This document shows positions 51,727 to 62,002 of a stretch of DNA of 64,000 nucleotides, piece after piece. The translations under genes were made by a program, and so were the position numbers. Source of the stretch: an uncultured Acidobacteriota bacterium. Lineage in GTDB: Bacteria > Acidobacteriota > UBA6911. Within the stretch, counting starts at the first letter, position 1. Each line of letters starts with the position of its first letter. Where the stretch lies: the NCBI GenBank assembly GCA_963827655.1, contig CAWHCF010000045.1, positions 32,001 to 96,000 on the forward strand, given 5' to 3'. The notes beneath the pieces are model-generated. The model worked only from the letters and a program-made list of their open reading frames with translations, was not told where the DNA came from and did not search any database.

Positions 51727-52962
51727 ATGGCCCTCCAATGGACAGCGAAGCTTTCCGCACTTCCGCTATGCGTTCCACCGGAGACGTGTCCCGATGATTA
51801 CATGGTGAACGCCGTCGCAATCTCCGATGACGGGAGCCGTGTCGTCGCGGGAACCTATTATCAACACTACGAGGGGACCACCAGGGTCCGGACCGACGGC
51901 AAATTCGGAACCTACTGCTACGACACTAAGGGCGCCGGCACCCGGCTTTGGGCCGATGAATACCAAGGCCACAGGGGCATCTACTCCGTCGCCATTTCGG
52001 GCGACGGCACCGTTGCCGCAGGCGGGGGCCTACTGACCAAGGGAAAATTCCAGCAACCCAAGCGCGGACTTCTCCGAGCATTCGACGCCGCCACCGGCAG
52101 CAAACTATTGAACAGCTCGGATTTTCCAAACCGGGTGAATTCGGTCTCTCTCTCGCGCGATGGCGGCGTTCTCGCGGCTGTGGCGGAGTCCAGCCTGTTT
52201 GTTTTCCTGCGGAGCGCCTCCGGATTGTTTTCGGCTTCGCCCCAGGAGATCGACCTCGACGGTTACTCCCAATCCGTTGCCGTGCATCCCAGCGGGAGCT
52301 GGCTGGCCGCCTGCGACCAGACAGGAAAGGTTTATGTCTCCACGATCAGCGCAGGCGTGGTCAACCCGCCCGCTACGTGGACCGCCCTGGAACGGCGAGA
52401 CCCCACGCGCTCGAGTTCGCCGAGGTTCCCGGTCAAATTCAATTGCGTCTCGGTGGCCAGGGCCAGTAACTCGTTGACCGCTGGAGGCGGCAATTTCGTT
52501 TACCTGTTTACTCTGGCTTCGATCCAAAGCGGCACGCCCGGCCCCGTCGCGCGATACACCTCCTTCGATACCACCGGCCCCCACAATGTCCGATTTGTGG
52601 CCATTTCCGACAATGGCGGCTTTGTAACGACCGTGGTGAACGACGAAGACCCCGCGGGTGTTGGCATCGGCCGGCTGATCAAGTTGTCTCCTGGCGCGGG
52701 AGGGCAGCTGAACGTAGACTGGATGGCGCCGCTGAGCCGCCTGCCGAACAGCACCAGCATCGATTCGACCGGCACTCGGATTACCGCCGCCGATGGCTAT
52801 CCCGACACGGTGCCTGGCACCTTCTACCTGTTCAACGCCAGCGGTGTGAAACTGTGGCAACACGGCACGCCCAAGATGAACTGGCCGATGTTCATCAGTG
52901 CAAACGGATTAGGCATCGCCGGCGGAAGCGACGATAATACGCTCTTCTTTTTCACGCCGTAA
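51727..52962 (+). CDS. WD40/PQQ-like beta-propeller protein
   Basis: Repeated VAIS.DG motifs; AAAGGAGA RBS. Confidence 0.82.
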   Translation: MALQWTAKLSALPLCVPPETCPDDYMVNAVAISDDGSRVVAGTYYQHYEGTTRVRTDGKFGTYCYDTKGAGTRLWADEYQGHRGIYSVAISGDGTVAAGGGLLTKGKFQQPKRGLLRAFDAATGSKLLNSSDFPNRVNSVSLSRDGGVLAAVAESSLFVFLRSASGLFSASPQEIDLDGYSQSVAVHPSGSWLAACDQTGKVYVSTISAGVVNPPATWTALERRDPTRSSSPRFPVKFNCVSVARASNSLTAGGGNFVYLFTLASIQSGTPGPVARYTSFDTTGPHNVRFVAISDNGGFVTTVVNDEDPAGVGIGRLIKLSPGAGGQLNVDWMAPLSRLPNSTSIDSTGTRITAADGYPDTVPGTFYLFNASGVKLWQHGTPKMNWPMFISANGLGIAGGSDDNTLFFFTP

Positions 52963-53036
52963 TGGCGCCGATCGTTCGGGCCGGAGGTCTGCAATGCGAA
53001 AAGCTCCTTCTACGGTGCTTCCGTCATCAATTGTTG

Positions 53037-53241
53037 TCATGCCGCCAGAGGCATCCGCGTCTCATCGACAACGACCAAAACAGTCGATTGTCCGAACTTG
53101 ACTTTCTCCGAAAACCAAAGAAGCATCGCCGACGGGAAGATCTCCCGTAACGTCAGCCGCCGCGTCGTCAGTCCAGCCTGGATCGCCGGCGTCCTCAATC
53201 TCGCGTCCGAACTTAAACGCCATATGAGGCGCTGACGCAAG
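53037..53241 (-). mobile_element. IS1-like transposase, C-terminal remnant (second copy)
   Basis: RTPAIQAGLTTRRLTLREIFPSAM...VVDETRMPLAA*; clear nucleotide similarity to 25085-25232. Confidence 0.7.
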
Positions 53242-53476
53242 TCCAGGTGATTTCGAGACACTCCTGCCATGGTGCTTCTGGCATCAATTGTTGGCAAGAT
53301 TGGTATAAACCATTAGATTTCAAGTATATTAAACCGGATTTGGGGCACTGCTTCTGGTTGGTTTCAAATCGGCGATAAGGTCCTTTGCCAGAAGGTCATA
53401 GAGGCTGATCACCAACAGTAGATGGCGGAAGCACCCGCCGAGGCATTAAAGGCGCTTGTTCAGGAGACTTGATGTC

Positions 53477-54070
53477 ATGTGCACAATCACTGCGACGACG
53501 GCGCTCCTCGCGTTGGTGGCCTCAAGTGCGCCACACGCGTTCTCCCTCACTGAGCTGGAACGGCAACGACTGGTTGCACACTTGGAAGTGACGGCGAGCT
53601 GGCTTGTCGACGAGGTCTCCGGCCTGACTCCTGCTCAGCTCCAGTTTCGACGCGCGCCCAAGGAGTGGAGCATCCTGCAGGTCGTCGAGCATCTCGTGGT
53701 GGTCGGGCCCATCTATTGGCAGGACCTGCAAAAGGCGATGAAGGCGCCACCAAGCAGCCGCAGCAATGCCAGCACCGATGCGGACATTCTCTGGTACGGC
53801 ATCGATCGCACGCGACGGGAATCAGCCATCCCGACCGAAGTGCCGAAAGGACAGCTGCGCGACCTGCGGACGGGTCTCGAGGCATACCGCAAGCAGCATG
53901 CGCAACTCCTGCAGTACGCGCGCACGACGACCGACGATCTTCGCCGTCATTTCGTCGAGCGGCAGGGAAGTGACGCGTATCAGTGGGCGCTGCTCATCTC
54001 CACGCACGAGCAGCGACACATTCTGCAGATCCGCGAGATCAAGGCGGACCCGAAGTTCCCTAAGAAGTAG
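53477..54070 (+). CDS. Secreted DinB family protein
   Basis: GLT.AQL.F, WSI.QVVEHL and HEQRHILQIREIK motifs. Confidence 0.9.
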   Translation: MCTITATTALLALVASSAPHAFSLTELERQRLVAHLEVTASWLVDEVSGLTPAQLQFRRAPKEWSILQVVEHLVVVGPIYWQDLQKAMKAPPSSRSNASTDADILWYGIDRTRRESAIPTEVPKGQLRDLRTGLEAYRKQHAQLLQYARTTTDDLRRHFVERQGSDAYQWALLISTHEQRHILQIREIKADPKFPKK

Positions 54071-54339
54071 CCGAGTGCTCACGGCATTACCCAATTCTCG
54101 CCGGTTTCTCACCTGCCTCTCAGACGCGGACCGCGCGGCCTTCGCATGCACCCGGAGACATAGCTGCAGGCGTGCGCGGTATATGGCTCCGCTTCAATCC
54201 CAGCGATAGCCGTGAGTACAGCAATGGCGGATATGCGGTCCTGACTCACATCGTTGTCTGGGCAGGCCCGGCAGCGGCAATCCGGTCGTTCGGTTTCACG
54301 CTTTTGTCAGACGGTGGGTGCGTGGTAGCATGTCGCCAA

Positions 54340-57300
54340 ATGATCGCTGTGCTGCTTTTGGGTATCCTGGCCGCTGTCCGCGGTCCTGCAGCGCCGCAAG
54401 CCGGCGCCTCGCTCGACTTCATTCGCGACGTACGGCCGATTCTGGCGGGCGCCTGCGTACGCTGCCACAGCGCGACCCTGCCACAGGGCAAGCTGCGTCT
54501 CGATTCCCGGGAGGAAATGCTGCGCGGCGGAGCTTCGGGGACTGCCGTGATACCAGGCAACGGAACCGGCAGCCTCCTCTATCAGCGCCTGGTCATCGAC
54601 GATCCGCAGAAGCGCATGCCGTGGCTCTCGGATCCCTTGACGCCCGCACAGATCGAGACTGTGCGCCGCTGGATCGACGAAGGCGCCCACTGGCCCGAGG
54701 GAGTCGTTGTGGCGGTCCCGGCAGGCGGCGGGCCCACGCCCACCGCTCCCGCGCCGAGCACCGTGAGCGCAACAGCCTCCGGTCAGCGGCTTTCCTTCAA
54801 CCGCGACGTCCGTCCCATCCTGGCGGACAACTGCTACAGCTGCCACGGCCCCGATCGCAACCAGCGGCAGGCGGGCCTGCGGCTCGACCGTGAGGAGAGC
54901 GCCAAGGGGGCGCTCCCATCCGGACACGCGGCGATCGTCCCGGGCAGCCCCGAACGGAGCGCGCTTTACCAGCGTGTCACCGATTCGGATGAGCAGAAAC
55001 GCATGCCTCACGTCTCGAGCGGCAAGTCCCGGTTGAGCGGCGCGCAGGCCCAGATCCTGCGCAGCTGGATCGAACAGGGCGCAGAATGGCAGCCGCACTG
55101 GTCGTACATTCCGCCTGCCCGGCCGCTGCCGCCGGCGGTCAAGCGTGCCGACTGGATGAAGAACACCATCGATGCGTTCGTCCTTGCAGGGATTGAGAGG
55201 CAGGGCCTCACTCCATCCGCCGAAGCTGAGTCCCGTGAATTACTGCGGCGCGTGAGCTTCGACCTCACCGGCCTGCCACCGACTCCGGAAGAAATGGCTG
55301 CTTTCCTCTCCGACAAGTCTCCCGGCGCCTACGAGCGCCAGGTGGACCGGCTGCTTGCCTCGCCGCATTTCGGCGAGCGTATGGCCATGTACTGGCTGGA
55401 CCTCGTTCGCTACTCGGACAGCGTCGGCTACCACAGCGACAACGCCCGCCCGCTCTGGCGTTACCGGGACTATGTCATCGATGCCTTCAACCGCAATCTG
55501 TCGTTCGACCGCTTCACGGCGGAGCAGCTTGCAGGCGACCTCCTGCCCGACCCCACGCCGCAACAGAAGCTTGCCTCGGGGTACAACCGGCTGCTTCAGA
55601 CAACGGAGGAGGGCGGCGCCCAGCCCAAAGAGTACCGGGCAATTTATCTTGCAGACCGGGTCAGGAATGCATCGACGGTTTGGACGGGTGCGACCCTGGG
55701 CTGCGCCCAGTGCCACGACCACAAGTTCGACCCGTATCTCGCGAAGGATTTCTACAGCTTCGCGGCCTTCTTCGCGGACGTCAAGGAAAGGCCCGTGGGA
55801 CGGCGCCAGCCCGACTACCTGTCGGACGAGAAGCAGCGCGTCGCGCTCGACGCCGCGGAGGCTGAGGTTGAACGCCTCACCAAGGAGCTTCGAGATGCGA
55901 ACAATCCCGCGGACCAGAAGCGCTGGGAGAGCACCCTGGCCGGCGCGCGAACCTACAAGTGGACCGCTCTCGAGCCCGTCGAAGCAACCTCCGCGAACGG
56001 TACCTGGGTCCTGACCCAGGGCAATGACTTCTCGATCATCGCCAGCACTGCCGCCGGACCAAAGCCGCCGCGCGATACCTACACGGTCAACTTCAAGACC
56101 TCCCTCAAGGGGATGACCGCATTCCGCCTCGAGTGTCGTGTGTTCGATGAGCTCCCGAAGGGGGGGCCGGGCCGCGACACCGACGGAGGCTTCGTCGTCT
56201 CGGAGCTGGTGATCAACGACAGTGCGGGTCAACCGATCCGGCTTCGCAACGCATCCGCCTCAACGCCGCCGCTCGGCGCAGGGAACCCAATTCAGCCCGG
56301 CGGCGGCAATTGACGGCAATACGACCGACGGGGGCTGGGCTCTCTTGAAGGCCGACGGGCTCGACCATCGACTGGTCGTTGAGGCTGCGGAGCGCCTGGG
56401 GGCCGGCGAGGAGACGACGATTACTGCCGTAATTCACCAGAACGCCGGTCAGGGTCGTACCCTTGGCCGCGTTCGCCTGCTCGCGACCACGGACGACTGG
56501 CCGGTGCGCACGGATCCCGGCCCCGAGGCTACCGAGGAAATCATCAAGATCGCCGCCGCCGAACCCGCCCGGCGCACAGAGCAGGAACAAGAGAGCCTGA
56601 CAGCTTTCTATCGGCGGATCGCTCCCGAACTCGCGCCACTGCGCGCCGCGCTTCGCTCCGCACAGATCCGGAAGCAGGAACTGCTTGATCAGATCCCGCA
56701 ATCTTTCATCACGACAACCGAGGAGCCCCAGCCGGTGCGCATCCTGGCGCGGGGGAACTGGCTGGATGAATCCGGCGAGGTCGTATCGCCCGCGGTACCG
56801 CACTTCCTGCCCCAGATCGATGCCGGCAATCGCCGCCCGACGCGGCTCGATCTCGCGCGCTGGCTGACTTCCAAGGACAATCCGCTCACTGCGCGCGTCT
56901 TCGTGAACCGGCAATGGAAGCTCTTCTTCGGCCAGGGTCTCTCCCGAACGCTCGAGGATCTCGGCTCGCAGGGAGAGTGGCCGACGCACCCGGAGCTGCT
57001 CGACTGGCTGGCCGTCGAGTTCATGGAAAACGGTTGGGATGTGAAGCGGCTGGTGAAAACGCTCGTTACCTCCGCCACGTATCGCCAGACTTCGCGGGCC
57101 TCCCGTGAGCTGGTGGAGCGCGACCCGTACAACCTGCTCTACGCGCGCCAGACGCGCATCCGGCTCGACGCCGAGATAGTTCGCGACAACGCGCTGGCCA
57201 TCAGCGGAATGTTGTCGGCTCGGATTGGGGGCCCGAGCGTCTACCCCTATCAGCCTCGCGGATACTGGAGCTTCCTCAATTTCCCGCCCCGTGAGTGGGA

Positions 57301-57781
57301 AGACTCGACTGGCGAAGATCAGTATCGACGCGGGATTTACACCTGGTGGCAGCGGACGTTCCTCCAGCCGAGTCTCGTCGCTTTCGATGCGCCGTCCCGC
57401 GAGGAATGCGCGGCCGAGCGCACGCGCTCGAACATCCCGCAGCAGGCGCTCGTGCTGCTCAACGATCCGACGTACGTCGAGGCCGCGCGTGTCTTCGCCG
57501 TGCACATCCTGACGCAGGGGGGCAAAGCTTTCGAAGACCGCTTGCGTTGGGCCTATGCGAGGGCGCTCGGACGGCCGCCGGGTGCGTCGGAAATTCAAGT
57601 CCTGTCGGAGCTCTTCCGCAAACACCTGGCCGAGTACCGGGCCAAACCGGAGGAGGCCGGCCGTGCCGTGGCGGCAGGGCTCGCTCCCGTGCGGAAAGAC
57701 CTGAATGTCGTGGAACTGGCGGGCTGGACCTCCGTGGCGCGGGCAATCCTGAACCTGCCGGAGGTCATCACGCGCCCCTAG
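54340..57781 (+). CDS. Planctomycete cytochrome c / DUF1549 / DUF1553 (PSD1) protein (frameshift near 56281-56288)
   Basis: Two PSCyt1 units (CVRCH, CYSCH), WLDLVRYSD, CAQCHDHK, then NPLTARVFVNR, PTHPELLDWLA and QAL.LLND after the shift. Confidence 0.92.
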
Positions 57782-57808
57782 CTGGTGGCGTGATCGCAAG
57801 AGGTAGCG

Positions 57809-59285
57809 ATGGAAATCCTGACAGACGATATCCGAGAAATGAGGAAACGCTTCAGCCGGCGCGCCTTCCTGGGGAGGAGCAGCGCTGGACTGGGCTCGTT
57901 GACCCTGGGCCTCCTGCTCGATCCGAAACGGATCTGGTCTGCCGAAGCGCCCGTTACTCAAGGGCTCGCTTCCGCAGGCGCCGGCGAGAAGTGGCGCGGA
58001 GTTATCCAACCTCTGCATTTTCCTGTGCGGGCCAAGCGCGTCATTCATCTCTACCAGGCCGGCGGACCCTCGCACCTCGAGCTGTTCGACAACAAGCCGA
58101 AGCTCGCCGCGATGGACGGCCAACCCATGCCCGAATCCCTGACCAAAGGGCAGCCCATCGCCCAGCTTCAAGGGAGGCCGCTCCGCTGCTTCGGACCGCA
58201 ACACGCCTTTCATCGCTGGGGACAGTCGGGGCAGGAGATCTCCGTGTTGCTCCCGGAAATCGGGTCGATCGCCGACGAGATCTGCATCATCCGGTCGATG
58301 CAGACCGAGCAGATCAACCACGACCCCGCCCACACTTTCATGAACACCGGCACCCAGATCTCCGGCCGGCCGTCTGCGGGTTCCTGGATCTGGTATGGCA
58401 TTGGAGCCGAGGCGACGGACCTTCCGGGGTATGTCGTGCTCGTGTCTCAAGGCCGTGGCGGACAGATGCAACCCATCGCGGCGCGCCAGTGGCACAGCGG
58501 TTTTCTCCCCAGCAGCTTCCAGGGGGTGCAATTCCGCTCCAAAGGCGACGCCGTTCTCTACATGCGCGACCCGGACGGGCGTCAGCCGTAGCCGGCAGCG
58601 CGATGTGATCGATGCCGTGACAGCCCTCACCCGGAGCCAGCCCGGCTGGGTGGACGATCCTGAGGTCGCGGCTCGGCTGAGCCAGTACGAGATGGCGTTC
58701 AAGATGCAGATGAGTCTACCTGCGCTGACGGATTTCTCACAGGAGCCCCGTTCAGTTCTTGATGCATATGGCGTCGAGCGGCTGGACGGCTCCTTCGGCG
58801 CCAATTGCCTCCTCGCCCGCCGACTGGCTGAACGGGGAGTGCGTTTCATTCAGCTCTATCACCGCGACTGGGACCACCATAGCCGAATCAAAGGGGACAT
58901 CGTGATGAAGGCGAAGGAAGTGGACCAGGCCTCGGCCGCGCTCGTGAAGGATTTGAAGCAACGAGGCATGCTTGACGAGACCCTTGTGATCTGGGGCGGC
59001 GAATTCGGACGCACGCCGATGGCACAGGCGGACGGCCGCGACCACCACATCAAGGGGTTCTCGATCTGGCTCGCCGGGGGTGGGATCCGCGGGGGTATTA
59101 CCCACGGGGGCACGGACGAGCTAGGTTACATGGCGGTCGACGACGTGGTCTCCGTTCACGACCTCCACGCCACCATGCTTTATCTCCTCGGCATAGACCA
59201 CACAAAGCTCATATTCAAGTTCCTGGGGAGAGACTTCCGCCTTACCGACGTTCACGGCCAGGTGGTCAAGAAGATTCTGGCCTGA
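57809..59285 (+). CDS. DUF1501 family Tat protein (frameshift at GGG 58577-58579)
   Basis: SRRAFL, GGPSHLELFD.KP, then CLLARRL.E.GVRF, WDHH, GEFGRTP, GRDH and FRLTDVHG. Confidence 0.93.
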
Positions 59286-59629
59286 GTGTTTTCTTCACGG
59301 AAGTTGTATGACCTTGCGCCGGCGCCGCCCGCAGCCGTTTGGCCTGTTTGACACCGATTTGGCGGATCCGATGTCCGACGCGATCGAGTCGTCCCACATA
59401 CCGAATCGGGTGACACGACAGACACTCAGTGTCGAAGTCTGCCCAGCGACTGCCTGGACCAACCACACGCGGCGCCGTATCCCCCTTTCGCGATGGCCAC
59501 GGAGGAGGAGCAATCCGTGATGAGGAAGCTCTCCAACGCAAACCACGCCCTGACGGATGTGGCTAATAACTGTCGGCCCGTCGATCCTGAATCAATTTAT
59601 TCACACGTTCGAAGAGCCGGTGAGGGAGC

Positions 59630-59920
59630 TTATTTCTTTTTCCGGCGCTGCACATAGTGGAAGCGGATGAGATAAATCCTCTCCCCGCGGCCATGCTTCG
59701 CGACTTTCAGCAGATCGAGCACCCCCAGGAAGCCGGACTCGCGCGCCAGCTCCGGCGTGATGTCCGTGAAAGTGATCGGCTCGATTGAGTCCACCACAAT
59801 CTCTCCTCCATCCATCGGATAGCGCCCGCCGACTCTGACGTGAGGGCGCATCCAGATGCGCACGCTGCACGTGATGTCCCCATTCCGAACACCTTCACGC
59901 AAGCGCTTGGCAAATAGCAC
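59630..59920 (-). CDS. ASCH domain protein
   Basis: F...LREG...G.IT.S.R.W..P.V..GG.Y and IT.ELARESGF motifs. Confidence 0.82.
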   Translation of the reverse strand: MLFAKRLREGVRNGDITCSVRIWMRPHVRVGGRYPMDGGEIVVDSIEPITFTDITPELARESGFLGVLDLLKVAKHGRGERIYLIRFHYVQRRKKK

Positions 59921-60059
59921 GTCGTCCGCCTATTTCAACCTGAACCAAGCTGCGGCTTGGTGCCCAACCTCCCCAGCTGAGGATACTCCTGCAGCTTCTG
60001 ATGCCGGTGTTATGTCAGCTTCGAGCTCTCGGCCTTGCCGAGACCGGTACGCACCCGCC

Positions 60060-61412
60060 TTAAGCTGGTGCCGGCTTAAACGTCAATCGCCGCCCGAACT
60101 CGCGGCGGAGCAGCAGCAGGCTCAGTACCAACTGGACATACACGCTGGCGACGGAAACGTACCAGATCCACCGCAGCTCAAATCCCGGCATCCGTGCCAG
60201 CATCAAGGTAGGTACTGCTACGATCGTGATCCGCACAGCGGACGTAAGCAGCGACGGTATGGTGTTGCCCATCGCTTGAAACATGCTCGACGTCACGAAG
60301 ATCAGACCGGACGCAACGTAGTTCCAAGAGATGATGCGCAGGTACTCGGCGCCGATCGCGATGGCCGTAGCGTCGTTTGTGAAAATTCCGACCAGCGCGT
60401 CCGGAGCGATGTGGCACGCGATTGCGAACAGCGCCATCACTATACTCGCCATGAGCGCCGCGTTCTTGAAGGTCGCTTTCACGCGATCAGCCAGACGGGC
60501 TCCGAAATTCTGACCTGCAACCGGAGCGACGGCAAAGCCGAGCGCCACTACAGGCATGAACCCCGCCATAATGATCCGCTGTCCGATTCCGAAGCCGGCT
60601 TGTGCGGCCGTCCCGAACGGGCGCGTAATCGAATAGACGAGAACGAGGTAGATGGATATCACGGCAAACTCGAAGCCCGTGGGGAGGCCGATCCCGAGCA
60701 CCTTACGCCACACTGCGAACTGCGGTCTCCAATTGCCGACATTGAAGCGGAGGTAAGCATCCTTGCCGACGAAGTACATCGCGAGCCAGACGTTGCCGGC
60801 CACTACTGCAATGAAAGTCGAGATGGCGGCTCCCGTCACGCCGAACGCTCGGCCGGTTCCCCAACCAAATATGAGAATCGGCGCCAGAATCATGTTGAGG
60901 ATGACGGTCGCCGTGGCCACTACCGTCCCCGGCTTGAAGTTGCCGATGCCACGCAGCGCCGCTCCCATGGCAACCATCGCGAACTGCAGCGCCATCGCGG
61001 GTATGAACCAGAGGAGGTAGTCGGCGGCCAGGGAGGCTGTGTTTGCGTCGGGACTCATCGAGCTCGAGTACGGCAACCGCGTCAGAAGACCGACGATCAG
61101 AAACGCAAACCCGGTGACCATCGCGAGCACTTGCGATTGGTTGAAGAGCAGGCGGGCCTGGTCGTGGTCCTTGCGGCCAACCGCATGCGACACGACCGCA
61201 GTCGTGCCCACGCCGAGCATTTGCGTGAACGCGAGGACGAGGAAGCTGACGTTGCCCGCGATCCCCACCGCGGCGACGGCGTCGGTGCCGAGCCGTCCCA
61301 CCCAGTACAGATCGATCAGGAAGTACAGCGTCTGAAAGACCATCATCACGAGCATGAAACTCGTGGTCTTGAGCAGGTGACGCATGAGCGGGCCATTAGT
61401 GAGATCCTGCAT
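60060..61412 (-). CDS. MATE family efflux transporter
   Basis: DLTNG, D..WVGRLG..AVAAVG, LRG.GN.K and GQNFGA motifs; about 12 TM segments. Confidence 0.95.
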   Translation of the reverse strand: MQDLTNGPLMRHLLKTTSFMLVMMVFQTLYFLIDLYWVGRLGTDAVAAVGIAGNVSFLVLAFTQMLGVGTTAVVSHAVGRKDHDQARLLFNQSQVLAMVTGFAFLIVGLLTRLPYSSSMSPDANTASLAADYLLWFIPAMALQFAMVAMGAALRGIGNFKPGTVVATATVILNMILAPILIFGWGTGRAFGVTGAAISTFIAVVAGNVWLAMYFVGKDAYLRFNVGNWRPQFAVWRKVLGIGLPTGFEFAVISIYLVLVYSITRPFGTAAQAGFGIGQRIIMAGFMPVVALGFAVAPVAGQNFGARLADRVKATFKNAALMASIVMALFAIACHIAPDALVGIFTNDATAIAIGAEYLRIISWNYVASGLIFVTSSMFQAMGNTIPSLLTSAVRITIVAVPTLMLARMPGFELRWIWYVSVASVYVQLVLSLLLLRREFGRRLTFKPAPA

Positions 61413-61853
61413 CAGAGCTCTCGGGGGTCGGCTAGCTGTGCTGCCGGCCATAACTTGGGAAAAATCTTGTCGCTATCGGGCCACCAGAAGCACAACCTCC
61501 CGATCGACAACCTGGTGACGTCCGGCGCGTAGGGTCAGTGCGACACTCTACTCGCGTGCCATCACCCGGCATGCAGGCACGGTACATCCGCGCAGGAAGC
61601 CGCGGCAGGGCGAATAACTCGTTCCAATCGTTCCAGTCATTGGGTCGGATCACCATCTCGTTTTAAGGCGAAGGCCAGACGATCCATTGCCTCCCATCGC
61701 CGTAGAGCCCGCCGGTATGATGGGCGATAGGATAGATGGATACGCCTGCGCCCCTCAGCTCCGGGGAATGGTGCCAATTCTACCAAAATATTTGGGTGCG
61801 CGAGGAGGTTGAGATTGCGGATCGCAGGATTATTTCGACTGATCCGACTGGAT

Positions 61854-61950
61854 CATCGACTACAACACCGTCGTTCGACCTTCGACGAAGTCGCCGCACT
61901 CAGCGTCGAGGGCCTGAACAAACTCTGCCATCGCTCAGGTAAAGCGCATA
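61854..61950 (+). mobile_element. IS1-like transposase, N-terminal/HTH remnant
   Basis: HRLQHRRSTFDEVAALSVEGLNK (one-base shift) SAIAQVKRI is an HTH-like segment; linking it to the same family as the other two remnants is from recall, not from a search. Confidence 0.5.
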
Positions 61951-62002
61951 ACACCCGAAACTGCGAGGCGCTCTCGGCCTGGCGCGCCGCGGCGCGGCCG
62001 CG

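Noticed and set aside
59520-59657. Small ORF with a strong GGAGGAGG RBS (MRKLSNANHAL...)
   Set aside because: Overlaps the ASCH 3' end and has no motif; probably a gene stub.
61945-61970. GCATAAC...ctgcgagg as an attC end
   Set aside because: No partner arm, and equally explained as a deleted continuation of the IS1-like remnant.
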